From Squalus acanthias (Eukaryota): a stretch of DNA of 64,000 bases. Made by a program: the position numbers and the translations under genes. The stretch lies in contig CM059432.1 of assembly GCA_030390025.1 (NCBI GenBank), positions 149,422,001-149,486,000 on the forward strand, read 5' to 3'. The notes below the pieces were generated by a model that ran no database searches, was not told the DNA's origin, and worked only from the letters and a program-made list of their open reading frames with translations. Shown here one piece after another: positions 1 to 12,977 of the stretch (positions are counted from its first letter, which is position 1; every line of letters starts with the position of its first letter).

Positions 1-1520
1 TATTACGTGGTACCTTATCGAAGGCCTTTTGGAAATCTAGGTATATTGCATCTACTACATTACCCTTGTCTATTCTCTCTGTTACCTCAAAGAATTCAAT
101 GAGGTTGGTCAAGCAAAACTTTCCCTTTTGAAATCCATGTTGACTATTCAGTATTATATTTTTTGTTTCTAGATGTTTTTCTATTTTCTCCTTTAGTAGG
201 GATTCCTTTATTTTGCCTACTACTGATAAGCTGACTGGTCTATAGTTCCCTGGACATGTTCCATCTCCCTGAAATATAGGTATAATGTTAGCTATACGCC
301 AACCCTCTGGCACTACATCTTTTTCTAATGAATTATTAAATACGTGTAATAGTGCTATCTCTTCCCTAGATTCCTTTAAAAAGCGCGGATACAATTCCGA
401 ACCAGGGGTTTTATACTCTGTGTTTGATTAGTTCATTTAATATTTCTCCTTTTTATTTTAAATGCAGTTATATAATTTCTAATCTCATCTTCCAGTGTCA
501 TGTCCACCTGATCCATCTCCCTGGTAAATACTGAAGCAAAATAGTTATTTAATATTGCTGCCGTTTCGCTTTTGCTGCCTGTGATTTTTTTTTTTAACCT
601 GACCGTCCCTTAGTGGCCCGATTCCCATCCTGACTTTCCTTTCTTTATTGATGTGCCTGTAGAATATTTTACAATTTTGTTTTCTGTTCCTCGATTAATT
701 TAATTTCAAAGTTCTGCTTTGCCTTTCTAATTGTGTTTTTGACTTCTCTCCTAGTTTCTTCGTATTCTCCCTTGTCATGCTCTCCTCTGCTGTCCATGTA
801 TTTAGTGGAGGCCTCTTTCCTTCGCTTCAATTTTCCCTTATGTCTTTATTCATCAATGGTGTCTCATTAGTGTTTAGTTTGTTCTTGTTTTTTAGCGGAA
901 TATATTTTTCCTGGGCTCTGTTGAACACCGTTTTAAATATTGTTGTCCATTTTATTTTCCCAAGTTCTATTCTCAGCCCCTCAAAATTAAATTTTCTCCA
1001 ATCTATTACCCTGGTCTTTGTCATGCTTATGGCCTTCTAAATTATTATCCTAAACCATACTATATTAAGGTTTACTATTGCCTAGATGTTCCCCTATTTT
1101 TACTTCTCAGCTGCTCTGGTTCATTCCCCATTACCACATCCAGTAGTGACTCCTCCTTTGTTGGGCTTCTTACATATTGGGTTAGAAAGGAGTCCTGTAC
1201 ACATTGTAGGAACGCCATTCCCTTATCCCCTTTACCTACCTCTTTTGGCCAATTAATTTCGGGGTAATTGAATCCCCCATGATTATTATTCTATGTTTGT
1301 TACTCATTTCCCGAATTTGTTTGTATATTTCTTCCTCTACCTCCCTTCTACTATTAGGTGGTCTGCAGACTACCCCTATTAGTGTGATTGATCCTTTTTT
1401 ATCTTTATGGATAAATATTATGTTATCTCTAATAAGTACAGCTACTCCACCTCTCCTTTTTCCCACTCTATCTTTTCTAAATATGTGATACTATTCTAAA
1501 TATGTTATACATCTATCTTA
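1..1520 (-). mobile_element. Degenerate CR1 LINE ORF2 fragments (APE endonuclease and RT)
   Basis: Minus-strand ORFs GGGVAVLIRD...GVVCRPPNS...IIIMGD; further RT-region motifs near 1-130; frameshifts and deletions. Confidence 0.85.
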
Positions 1521-2369
1521 ACATTAGTTTCTGATCCCTGGCTAAACCCTGGTGGATCTACACTGTATTTTGTCCTTCTCTGTTCCCTCGGAAATAATAC
1601 TAGTATCTCACATCATTCTGTCCCTGTAACTATATTTTCCCATCCCTTGTATCATGCTGGTGGATCTACACTGTATGCTCTCTATGACTTTATTGTCCCC
1701 TGTGAATGGAGATGCAAACCCAACATCCCTTAACCCGACCCAAGAGGTCATCTAATGGCTGCACAAGCGCTACCAACAAATTAAAGCTCTACGGATAGTT
1801 TAAAGTTTGTAAAACTTTTATTATATAAATGCTAACTATCTTTGACAAATCAGCAAAATAAATGTTCTACTCTCCTCTTACAACACCTAATGCTGGAGGT
1901 CCACTACAGTGATCAAGACATGTGCAAGGAGAACACTTTCCCAAATGTCCATCCACCACATAAAGACTAAAAGCACATGCAGTCCTTTCACTGGTGTATT
2001 ATAAATGTTGTCCTCGTTCTAACAATGTGATCCCACAAGCAACTGCAGGTGATTTTAGTGGACAAGAATTTAACACAGTAACCTGACATTCATTGTATTA
2101 ACAGGGACTAACAGATATTAACCAGTATAAAATAAACAGATTAGCACTGGTAAAAACAGCAGACAGACGAATGCGACATGAATGCGTTGAGCATTCATCG
2201 GCTACTGTCGCTGGCAGTAATTTATAGGCTTAATTGTTGTAATTAAATCCTTATGTCCCTAACATCAAACACCTGAGCCCATTGTGCTCCATAACAAATG
2301 TGCGGATCATGGCACACTCAGCGGCACTGTATACAAGTCGCAGTTATGCGTTCCTCCATATCTTGCCTC

Positions 2370-2608
2370 TTGTGCATCCCCACTGCCTTCAGTCGTCTAG
2401 GCCCTAAACTCTGGAATTCCCACCCCAAACCTCTTCGCTTTGCCACCTCTCTCTTAAGATGCTGCTTAAAACCTACCTCTTTGACCAAGCATTTAGTCAC
2501 CTGTCCTAATGTCTCCTCCTTCAGCTTGATATCTGATAATGCTCCTGAGAAGTACCGTGGGTCGTTTTACTACATTAAAGGTGCTATATAAATGCAAGTT
2601 GTTGTTGT
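2370..2608 (+). mobile_element. L2-type LINE 3' end with (GTT)n tail
   Basis: AFS.LGPKLWNS.PKPLR...LKT.LFDQAF motif, ending gctatataaatgcaagttgttgttg. Related copies at ~9540-9755 (+), 40645-40915 (-) and 51365-51792 (+). Confidence 0.7.
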
Positions 2609-3570
2609 ATGTTCTACTCCTATCCCAATATCTTTATGTATTTTAATACAACTTTATACAAATCCTGGTTACATGCAAGTAATTCCATCTCAAACTTGGA
2701 TATAGCTTGGATTCTACACATCCCAGTTGCCCAGCTTGTCCCAGATCTTCCGCCTTCTCTTCCTCAACTTGCTATTTTTCCCCCTGGATTGTCACCACTA
2801 CCTTTGTGTCTCGAGCATTTTAAACATGCTCTGCCCACATTTTGCACCCTGTTCTTGCTGACTAGGTGAGAGAAAGTTATGTAGTGTGTGGCACGCGTGC
2901 CTTGAAGGGGGAAAGGTAACTATGTAGTACGGGGCAAAGCATGCCTTTCGGGGGGAGGAGTTAATAACTGGATAAATAACAAAGTGGAGCCGGACTAGTT
3001 AAAGAGTGGGGGACTCGGGGAGTATCGGAGGTTTTACCAAGACAGTTGAGCCCACAAATACAAGTCTCTGGGGGTCAGGACAGAGCTGCATACAGGCTGA
3101 CCGCAGTCTTCGAGCGGAGGGCAATACAATTGAACTGCAGTCTGCAGGACTCCTGCACCTTTGCACATCTTTTATTGGATTGGCGCCCTCGTACGACAGC
3201 GGCCAGCGTGCCTTGCACGCTATAGTGCAGGTACAAGTGATTAGTGGTTTGCAATAGACCAGCAGCAAATCCCTCAAATTAGTTTTAAAAGATGTAACTA
3301 TCTGTGGATATCAATTAATTTCCTTTATTTTTCCCTCCTGCATCTATCGAGCCGCTCAGAAAAATGTCACGGCATAGGGAAGAAACCAGTTTCAAATGAT
3401 TTACAAACTTCACTACCTATTTATGTATTAAACACGTTGCTAAAGTCTTAAAGTAGCACTGTCGCAGTTGAGTAAAAGCAATGGCCAATGATCTACTATG
3501 CTGCACGTGCTCACAGATGAATGTCAGTGGTCAGTTCTCCTCCAAATGCCCATTTCTTTCTGTGCCTCAG

Positions 3571-3727
3571 CTGCTGAACGGGGAACTGAAACAGTTGTAC
3601 ACGGCCTTCACGCGAGCAAGGGTGAACCTGTGGATCTTCGATGAAAACCAAGGCAAACGTGCCCCGGCCTTCAAGTACTTCATCAAAAGAGATTTCGTCA
3701 GAGTTGTCAAAACAGATGAGAACAAAG
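3571..3727 (+). CDS. TRANK1: TRANK1 internal exon: LLNGELKQLYTAFTRARVNLWIFDENQGKRAPAFKYFIKRDFVRVVKTDENK (UvrD/SF1 helicase C-terminal motif VI)
   Basis: Pyrimidine tract and AG ending at 3570; GT donor at 3728 (phase 1). The peptide has the SF1 helicase LY.A.TRA motif and matches recalled vertebrate TRANK1. Confidence 0.93.
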
Positions 3728-4402
3728 GTAGGGAAAGCAGAGAGGTAGAGAACAAGAAGAACAAAGAAACTGAAACTTTACTCTTGCTTTCAGTATCGAA
3801 CCCCGCCCTGGAAGGTGGTCATTGCAGGCCCCTGAAGACTCGAAGCTGATTCAACCAAATTTTTCGCTTTACTTATTGGGGGAGGGAGAGATAAGCCTAA
3901 CTTACTCACTTCTGTACGTCACTGGGGCATTTAAAAAAAAAAATCTGTACACTGTAATCATTCTGTATGTCAAATGTTCAGTTCTCAGCATAGGTGAACT
4001 AACTAAATAACTGGAAGGAGTTTTGGCCATTTTGGGATGGTCTGTTCAGAGGGTGAAATGGTAAGAAATTTGTGATTTTTGCCCCGTACTGCATTGTCAG
4101 CCTCGGTTCTGTGCTCGGGTCCTGGGGTAAGGCTTGAACCCATGCCCTTCTGGCTCACACAAGAGGTCCACCAACTGAGCCAAGCTGATTGTATGGCGCT
4201 TAATGGGAACTTTTTTTGCAGTACAGACAGGAGATGAAGCAGTTCATTTACCATTAAAGTGAACAAGACATTATGCTTTTGTTTCTCTCCTTGTGATCGG
4301 AACGGTGTAATATTCCCCGGGTGCTGAATTATTTACAGAGAAGTCGGTTTGTTTTACTGGGATAAAGTTTTGAAATTGATTTGAAGTAAATTTTTTTTCC
4401 AG

Positions 4403-4491
4403 AGCTTGATGACAGCATGTTTGTTAAAACTTCCACAAAGCAAGAATGGGCAGAAAGAGGCGACTACTTTGCAAAACATCAGTGCTGGAAG
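4403..4491 (+). CDS. TRANK1: TRANK1 exon (E)LDDSMFVKTSTKQEWAERGDYFAKHQCWK
   Basis: ttttttttccAG acceptor and AAG|GTGAG donor. Phase 1 in and phase 0 out fit the neighbouring exons. Not in the ORF track. Confidence 0.92.
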
Positions 4492-4587
4492 GTGAGAGCT
4501 AAAAATTGAAGTCAAAATGTGAAACCTTGCTTATGACTTGCAAACCACTCTACAAAAGTCTGGCAGAGGATTTTTCAGAATCCCATG

Positions 4588-5287
4588 GGGGAATAATTCG
4601 GTTGCTTTGCACCTCCCATTAGCGCTAACGGGGCGCAAAGCAACTAGCGCCCGGGCGCGGCGCCGCCGCCAACGCCTCCCGCAAAATTCTGCGGAAGGTT
4701 AGCGGCGGCGGTAACCGTTAGCGCGCTGCGCCACCGCCGATGACGTCATCGACGTGCGCAGCGCCCCGGCCACGATCTTCGGTAGCGCCCCCTGACTTAC
4801 CGCTAGACGCTATGTCCGACGGGGTCGGGGGGGTCCTGCCTGCGGCCGGGGAGGCGCTAATTAAAGGGGCGGTGCCGGGCAGCCATTTTTGTTGCTGGCC
4901 GCCTGCCAGCACTTGCCCCCGTTGCCGTCCCCGGCCTCCTGACCCGCCCCGCGGAGTGCCGGCTGCGCTCCGTGAGCCCGGCACTTCTCTTGAGTGCCGG
5001 GCTCTTTTGCCGGCACTCCGATCCCTGGGGGCCCAGCTGGGCCCCGGGTCGTGCTGCGCAAGGCCCCTCCCCTTTAATAAGGGGAGGAAGGCCTGCAGTA
5101 CCGCGGCGTGGCGTTCCGCAGCGCGGCGATATTCCCTCACAGCGCCCCAAGAGGAAGGCGAGGCGCTTCCAGTAGCACCCCGCTTCCCTCTTGGGGCGCT
5201 ACCGATGAATTTCGGCCGCGGGGGCGTTAATTTTTCGCCACGGCGAAGTTAACGCCCCAAAGGGGGCGCGACTCAATTTCCCCCCCC
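4588..5287. mobile_element. GC-rich non-autonomous DNA transposon (PIF/Harbinger-like MITE)
   Basis: Imperfect TIRs ggggaataattc ... caatttcccccccc with ATG/ATA flanks; CpG-rich; accounts for the spurious ORFs at 4718-5252. Confidence 0.6.
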
Positions 5288-5724
5288 ATATGTCTAAGTT
5301 GAGTTCATTGTTCCTATCCTTTCAGACTATTATGTGTGTACTTCTCTCCCTCCCAATACTAACGCATCAGTTTTGGGCAACTCTGATTGGAGGGAAGGTG
5401 TCACAGGAAGAAGGGAAGAATTGTCATGGATTCCTTGTCAGCTTGCACATCCGCACCTGACACCAGTTCATTGAAGAACGTGCTGTTCGCCGAGAACACA
5501 CAATAATCCTTGGTTGCTGCCTGTCCTTTCAGCCAGAGCTATGGTCCACAACTTGGGAGGGTTACTGTGTGGGGAAAGTGCACAAAAGGAAGGCAAAAGC
5601 AAACTCTTGTGAACAGAGCCCTAGAGCCCATTCAAAAGGCTGAAGTTTGAGTTTGATCCTTGACCGAGTTCAGAGCCAATTGCCCTCAATAGATATAGTT
5701 TGTACATCTCATTTTAGCTGTCAG

Positions 5725-6632
5725 ATAAATTTGCGGATGACTCCAAATTGGGGGGGGAATAGTCAATACTGAGGAGGACTGCAACAAATTTGCAGAATGG
5801 GCATATAATTGGCAAATTAAGTTCAACACAGATAAATGTGAGGTATTACATTTTGGTAGGAAGAATAGGGGAGGTCACTTTATCACTTGGAGGGTGCGAG
5901 TCTAGGTGGGGTAGAGGAACAAAGGGATCTCTGAGTACAAATACACAAATCACTAAAAGTTGCAAGGCCATAAAAAAGGCAAACCAAGCACTAGGGTTTA
6001 TTTCTAGAGGGATAGAATTGAAAAGTAGGGAAGTTATGCTAAACCTGTATCGAACCTTGGTTAGACCACACTTGGAGTACTGCGTACAGTTCTGGTTGCC
6101 ATATTATGAAAAGGATATAGAGGCACTGGAGAGGGTTCAGAGAAGATTTACAAGGATGATACCAGAAATGCAAAGGTATACATATCAGGAAAGGATGAAC
6201 AGGCTGGGTCTCTTTTCTCTTGAAAAAAGAAGGCTGAGGGGTGACCTAATAGAGGTCTTTAAAATTATGAAAGGTTTTGATAGAGTAGATACAGAGAGTG
6301 TGTTTCCACTTATGGGGAAGAGCATAACTAGAGGCCATCAATATAAGATAGTCACCAAGAAATCCAATAGGGAATTCAGAAGAAACTTCTTTACCCAGAG
6401 AGTGGTGAGAATGTGGAACTCGCTACAACAGGGAGTGGTTGAAGCGAATAGTATAGATGCATTTAAGGGGAGGCTGGACAAGCATATGAGGGAGAAGTGA
6501 ATAGAGGGTTATGCTGATAGATTTAGATGAGGAAAGACGGGAGGAGGCTCGAGTGGAGCATAAACGCCGGCATGGACTGGTTGGGTCGAATGGCCTGTTT
6601 CTGTGCCCTATATCCTATGGAATCCTATGTAA
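5725..6632 (+). mobile_element. 5'-truncated CR1 LINE (RT C-terminus and 3' UTR, (atcctatg)n tail)
   Basis: KFADDSK...LVRPHLEYCVQFW...LRGDLIEVFKIMKG...RNFFTQRVV. Confidence 0.92.
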
Positions 6633-7838
6633 TAATGTCCTTTACACAGGAGCATAGGAATTACTAGACAAAAGAATCCAAGGTCCATTTAGATCGCCTC
6701 GTACCAACCTGGTAGTCGCACAATACAATGATAGTGGAGTTGTTGACTAATCGTAAAAATCAATCTCTATCAGTCTACAACAGACCCAGACATAAAGGGG
6801 AAAAAAAGACTTGCATTTTTATAGCGCCTTTCACAACCTCAAGATGTCTCAAAGCGCTTTACAGCCAATGAAGTACTTTTGAAGTGTAGTCACTGTTGTA
6901 ATGTGGGACATGACACGAGGAAAACCCCAGTGGTGGAGAGCTTTGGGAAGCGCAGGTGAAAAGTCACCTGTTCCTCCCAAGCATGCAACAAATTACCACA
7001 TGTCATGTCTCAAATGACTCGTATACCATATCCCAAAATGTTCAGGGCGCGAAAAATATCAAACGGTCCTCGTTACGATTTTCGGGTCCACACTGTATAC
7101 TCTCTCTGTCCTGGGTTCAATGTCCCCATTCTTTCCTGTAAATAACGGTGCCTCCCTTGTGATCAGGCTCTGGTCATATGACAACGTGACCTGGGGGCTG
7201 TAACAATGAAGCCCCTTCTGATACGGACTGGATACTGTCATCTCGCACATACGGCCACACGTACTACTTCAATCTTCTGAAAGGCAGACTGATTAACACT
7301 TTAGTGAAATGAAGCCAAATGTAAACCAACAGAAACTAGTTTGTTTAACAATTGATAAATGAACATACAGAGTAACTTTTACAGTAAATCTTGCCTCACT
7401 TGAACTTAATTCACTAATGCTCCTTATCACATATTAAAGAACAAAACCTGCCTAAATATAACTTTTCTGGGCAGTAATTTCTCTGATCAGAGTGGATATA
7501 TATTTAGGTGTACATTTTCACACCCGGCCTTTCTCCCTTTCCAGATCTTCTCCGCTGACTGAGACCAGGTGCTAGCCTCTCTGTTTCTTAGCTCGATGGG
7601 AAGTTAGCACATTAACCTCGGGCCCTGTCCCAGATTTCCCTCTAGGAATTGGCCAACAAAACTGCCAATTAAACTGGCTATTGCCCATGGGTGGGGGGTT
7701 CCCTTCAGACTAGCTCCTGTTCAGCTCGGATGAATAAACTATCCGAACATAATAACTGGGATGGTCCACAGAAAGATCTAAATGGCTTCCATTGTCTAAA
7801 CTTGAAATGGTGTGTGAGAGGCGCCATGTCACAGACTG

Positions 7839-9353
7839 AAATAAAAACAGAACACGCTGGAAATACTCAGCAGGTCGGGCAGTATCTGTGGAGAGAGAAA
7901 CAGAGTTAACGTTTCAGGTCGATGACCCTTCGTCAGAACTGGAAAAAGTGGACGTAACAGGTTTTAAGCAAGTGTAGGGGCAAGGGGAGGGGGGAGGGGA
8001 GGGGGGAGGGGAGGAGAGAACACAAGGGAAGGTCTGTGATAGGGCGGAAGGCAGGAGAGATTAAGAGACAAAAGGTATGATGGTACAAAGCAAAAGGAGA
8101 TGGTAATGGGACAAGTAAAGAAACAAAAAATGAGTCTAGATGAGGTATAAATGGGAATGGCAGAATCATCAACCACTGTCATATGGAAAATAATAGGGGC
8201 AGAAGTTATAATCTGAAATTGTTGAACTCGATGTTGAGTCCAGAAGGCTGTAAAGTGCCTAATCGAAAGATGAGGTGCCGTTCTCGAGCTTACATTGAGC
8301 TTCATTGGAACAGTGTAAGAGGCCGAGAACGGAGAGGTCTGAGTGGGAGTGGAGCGGAGAATTAAAGTGACAGGCGACCGGAAGCTCGGAGTCACCCTTA
8401 CGGACTGAACGGAGGTGTTCCGCAAAGCGGTCACCCAATCTGCGTTTGGTCTCCCCAATGTAGAGGAGACCGCATCGTGAGCAGCGAATACCATATACTA
8501 AATTGCAAGAAGTACAAGTAAATCGCTGTTTCACCTGGAAGGAGTGTTTGGGGCCCTGACAGTGGGAAGGGAGGAGGTAAAAGGGCAGGTGCTGCATCTC
8601 CTGCGCTTGCACGGGAAGGTGCCGTGGGAAGGGGAGGGGGTGTTTGAGGAGTGGACCAGGGTGTCGTGGAGGGAGCGGTCCCTTCGGAATGCTGAAAGGG
8701 GAGGTGAGAGGAAGATGTGTTTGGTGGTGGGATCACGCTGGAGGTGGCAGAAATGGTCCGTTGAATGTGGAGGTTGGTGGGGTGAAAGGTGAGGGCAAGG
8801 GGAACCCTATTGTGGTTCTGTGAGGGATGGGAAGGGGTGAGGGCAGAAGTGCGGGAAATGGAATGGACACGGTCGAGAGCCGTGTCAACCATGGTAGAGG
8901 GGAATCTTCGGTTGAGGAAAAAGGAAGACATATCGGAAGCACTAGTATGGAAGGTGGCATCGTCAGAGCAGATGCAACAGAGACGGAGAAACTGGGAGAA
9001 TGGAATAGAGTCCTTACAGGAAGCGGGGTGGGAGGAAGTGCAGTCCAGGTAGCTGTGGGAGTCAGTGGGCTTATAATGGATGTTTGTCGATAGCCTATCC
9101 CCAGAAATGGAGTCAGAGAAGTCGAGGAAGGGAAGGGAAGAGTCAGAGATGGACCATGTGAAGGAAGGGTGTAAATTGGAAGCAAAGTGAATGAAATTTT
9201 CTAGTTCAGGGCGAGAGCAGGAAACGGCACAGGTCCAGTCATTAATGTACCAGAAAAAGAGTTGAGGGAGGGGACCTGAGTAGGACTGGAACAAAGAATG
9301 TTCTACATATCCCACGGAAAGGCAGGCATAGCTGGGACCCATGCAGGTTCCCA
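7839..9353 (-). mobile_element. 5'-truncated Penelope-like retroelement (RT + GIY-YIG), frameshifted, flanked by a 15-bp direct repeat
   Basis: RT MGTCMGPSYACL..GYVE...YINDW...LPFLD; GIY-YIG NLVYGIRCSRCGLLYIGETKRRLGDRFAEH. Flanks ccatgtcacagactg (7824-7838) and ccatgtcacaaactg (9351-9365). Confidence 0.92.
7904..7940 (-). ncRNA. Minimal hammerhead ribozyme in the Penelope terminal repeat
   Basis: Minus strand reads AGTT CTGACGA AGGGTC ATC GACCT GAAA CG TT AACT: conserved core, stem II, palindromic stem III and stem I AGTT/AACT. Confidence 0.75.
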
Positions 9354-9913
9354 TGTCACAAACTGCTTTGTCTGGCTCTAATATACAATTCTCAGCACTT
9401 CTGTTCAGTGAATTTAATTCTTTGATAGCTTTAACATCAAGTATTCGTTAAGAAATGTCACTGCCGGGACAAATTTTCTTCTAATATAAAAAGGCTGCAG
9501 AGGAAAAGTTAGCAGCAACACTGAAAATATTACATCATTCAGCAGTCTACACTCCAAGCTCTGGAATTCTCTCCCGTAAACCTCTGCACCTTTCACTCCT
9601 CTAAGATGCTCCTTAAAACATACCTCTTTGACTAAGCTTTTGGTCACTTGTCCTAATGTCTCCCTACTTGGCTTGGTGTGAATTTTTTCATTTGATAACG
9701 CTCCTGTGGTTTGTTTTCCTACATTAATGGTGCTATTTTAATGCCAGTTGTTGTTGGAGAAATGAGACCCAGTCTATCTACGGAGGTAATATTTCCAGTA
9801 TTCTGTGGAGGCAGGTAGTGTTCGCTCTGTTGATGCACATGACCATTTAGTTGACTAGGAGCGGTAGAATTCATGGTACATTGTTACCGGGTTTAGTCGG
9901 CACTAATGATACG

Positions 9914-11317
9914 GGTCTAGAAATTCGATTAGGCCGGAAAACGGCCGGTGACACCGTGGGACAAAGTTAACGGCCGCCCGCAAAAAGAGCGCAGGTATTT
10001 TGGTGCTGCCTGCTGATTTTCATGAGCGGAGCGGAGAAGCTCTTGTGCAACGCTATCTTTCCGGCGCTAACCTCAGCAGGAGGCTGAAGGTCGCGTCTGA
10101 AGGATCGGTGCGACGTTCTCGGGCAATGTGCTGTTTCGGATCATTTTGGTGATGGTTCCTGGGTTTTGCTGGGTCAGGAGGTATCGAGTCCGCTGATGGC
10201 CTTTGTAGGGATGGAGCATTTTGCGTTGTGGCACATTAGAAGGTATTTGTTTGTCCACGGCTCCCCTCTTACTTTCGCAAACATTTGTCCGAGTCTTGTG
10301 TGGGGTCCACAAATGGGTGCCAGACTGCCTGGTACTCCCACCTTCGCTGGCTGCCACAGCTCCACAGATGTCTCACCCAGATGGTTGCTGTGTAGAGGTT
10401 TGTACTCCAGCATGGTGCTGGAGGGAGAGGGGATGGGGACGCACCGTCTTGCTGATAGCAGTGACAGTGCACTAGCCTGCAGATCGCAGAGGGCATTCAC
10501 TCGCTGGTGAGTGGCTCTTAAAGCACAGGCTCAGATCTGGAGGGACTGTGACTGGAAACACCGCATAAAGACTGGCATCGATGTCCTTAAACCGTTGCAT
10601 GAGACATCAATGGAAATACATTTTTTTTTAAAAGGGGAACATGGAGCTCTTGGTCAAGTGTTTACTGGTGTAAATGGTGTAGAGGAGAGTTCAATTACAT
10701 TTTTTAACAGCAGACTTTTGAAGAACTCTTGATGAGAATATGGTGTTAAGCCTTTTAAAAACAGACTTCCAAACTTTGCATTTTATTTTACCGGTTCCTA
10801 AACTGGAAAACCCAATGTATAAAATTTAAGGAAATGCAGTTTTGGTTTTTTTCCTGAGACTCTTACAGCTGCAGTACAGTATAGTTTATTTTAAAAGTAT
10901 TTACTGTAATGTTTGACTGACCGGGGGAGGGGGAGATTTGATGTCTCTCACTGGAAGCAGTTTTCACTCCAATTACATAGTCGGAGCTCTCCATAGTTAC
11001 CAGTTATCCCAACAGCTGTTTACTGTACGGGTTACAGCTCACCGCCGCTTTCTCCCGCCTCTACACGCTGTCAACGGCTGCACGCACGGGCGTGCTTTGG
11101 AGAGGGCAGTAAGAGGAGCGGCGAGCTCCAGAATGGATGAGCGTGCGTCAATTCTGTCTCGCTCCTGATAATTAAAATACTTGCGGCAGCGAGCGCAGGC
11201 AACGGCAGCACTGCTGACCTGCCAAAAATGGCGGCCGCCGCAGGACCCACCGGAAGTGAGGCAACCGCCATTTTTTTCAACAAAATTGCCAGCGCCAAAC
11301 GCTCCAATTTCTAGGCC
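9914..11317. mobile_element. ~1.4 kb non-autonomous DNA transposon (Harbinger-like TIRs)
   Basis: TIRs ggtctagaaatt ... aatttctaggcc; CpG-rich subterminal arms. Confidence 0.55.
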
Positions 11318-11372
11318 ATAGTTTCTATTTTCTTTGTAAATCTTTCAATAAGATTCCTTTTTAATTTTACAG

Positions 11373-11476
11373 GTTGCTGCCAAGTGCTACCAGAAAGGTG
11401 GGGAGGTGGAAAAAGAGAAGCTGGCGCTAGCTCATGACGCTGTCCTCAATGTACAGGTCAAAAAAAAAAGCCAGAG
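11373..11476 (+). CDS. TRANK1: TRANK1 exon VAAKCYQKGGEVEKEKLALAHDAVLNVQVKKKSQ(R)
   Basis: ttttacAG acceptor and AG|GTAAG donor; phase 0 in, phase 2 out; TPR-like peptide continuing the previous exon. Confidence 0.92.
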
Positions 11477-11612
11477 GTAAGACACCCCCCCCCCCCCCCC
11501 ACCTTGGTGTTTTTAGCACTTCTGACGCCCACCTTTACAATACTGTACAGCTATTGTTTGATTTGACTTGCAGCCTAATACAATGTTGAAGCTCTGACTA
11601 ATCTCATTTAGT

Positions 11613-11616
<4 letters not shown>

Positions 11617-11662
<46 letters not shown>

Positions 11663-11663
11663 G

Positions 11664-11748
<85 letters not shown>
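11617..11748. repeat. (TA)n microsatellite with TATG interruptions
   Basis: Read directly; explains the YIYIYI ORF. Confidence 0.97.
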
Positions 11749-11752
<4 letters not shown>

Positions 11753-11814
11753 CAAAGCAAGACTAGAAATAAAAACTTGAGTAGCTCACCCAAACCCTTT
11801 GGGGGAAAAAAAGA

Positions 11815-12275
11815 ATGAGTTGCATTTCTATAGCGCCTTTCACGACTACCGGACGCCCCAAAGCGCTTTACAGCCAATGAAGTACTTTTTGAAGTGGAGT
11901 CACTGTTGTAATGTAGGAAAGGCGGCAGCTAAATTGCGCACAGCAAGCTCCCACAAACAGCAATGTGATAATGACCCAGATAATCTGTTTTAAAGTGATG
12001 TTGATTGAGGGATAAATATTGGCCAGGACACCGGGGATAACTCCCCTGTTCCTCTTTGAAATAGTGCCATGGGATCTTTTACGTCCACCTGAGAGAGCAG
12101 ACGGGGCCTCGGTTTAACGTCTCATCCAAAAGACGGCACCTCTGACAGTGCAGCACTCCCTCAGCACTGCACTGGAGTGTCAGCCTAGATTTTTGTGCTC
12201 AAGTCTCTGGAGTGGGTCTTGAACCCACAACCTTACTCAGAGGCGAGTGTGCTACCCACTGAGCCACGGCTGACA
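11815..12275 (-). mobile_element. tRNA-derived Deu-domain SINE (SacSINE1/AmnSINE1-like), full length
   Basis: Minus strand has A box tggctcagtggg, B box ggttcaagaccc, Deu core gatgagacgttaaaccgaggcccc...aaagatcccatggcact and an L2-like tail. Confidence 0.85.
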
Positions 12276-12977
12276 CTTTGGTATTCTGTTGGTTCAGTTT
12301 TCCGAATGGGTGCTCCCGACACGGTGAGTCCCAGCCAGGAGCGCAGATCGGGAATCTACAGGCACGCTCCTCTTTAATACCTTCGCTGGCATGTGTGGTT
12401 CTGGCTGCTTGGCACAGTGCAATACTGTGCCTTTCAAAGCTCTTCTGGTGCCTTTTATTTTCCATGTGGGTCTTGGTGTGATTAATTTACCCTCGCCCCC
12501 CAGTCTTCCAACATCACACCTTGTCCTTCTCCCACCACACTCGCGCACATCAGTCTTTGCAACTCTCACTGCCTAGCAAGAGAGTCGAGAATGTTAACGG
12601 GAGGCAAGGCTATCACTGTGGGGACAGGAGAGCGGAAGCAGATCCCAGACGTCGGCTGCAAGAAGGGAAACTTGGAAGCATTTTCAGAGGCCAAGCAAGT
12701 CAAGCTCTGAAACACATCGACCAATTTTTGTGCACAATGCTGCATATAATGAGGTATAAGCTCTTATGTGTCTGATGAACCCTCCACGTTTGCCAGGTCG
12801 ATGACTTGGTGTTTTGGTACGTGGGGACCCAGTAATACTGAGCTCTGAGACACAGTGAAGAACTTGGGATGCAGCCTCCTTTACAGGCCTCGCGAATTAC
12901 TGAAGGGTTTCTTTTGCAAAAAAAACCAAAAGTTTTTACAGTAAAGACGGATAAAGTTTTTTTTTTCCCCTCTCCAG

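Noticed and set aside
4718..5252. GC-rich ORFs or a CpG-island promoter
   Set aside because: Entirely within a TIR-bounded MITE in a TRANK1 intron.
7200..9534. Solo LTR (TGTAAC...ATTACA) interrupted by the Penelope element
   Set aside because: No matching TSD and no second copy in the window; cannot be supported.
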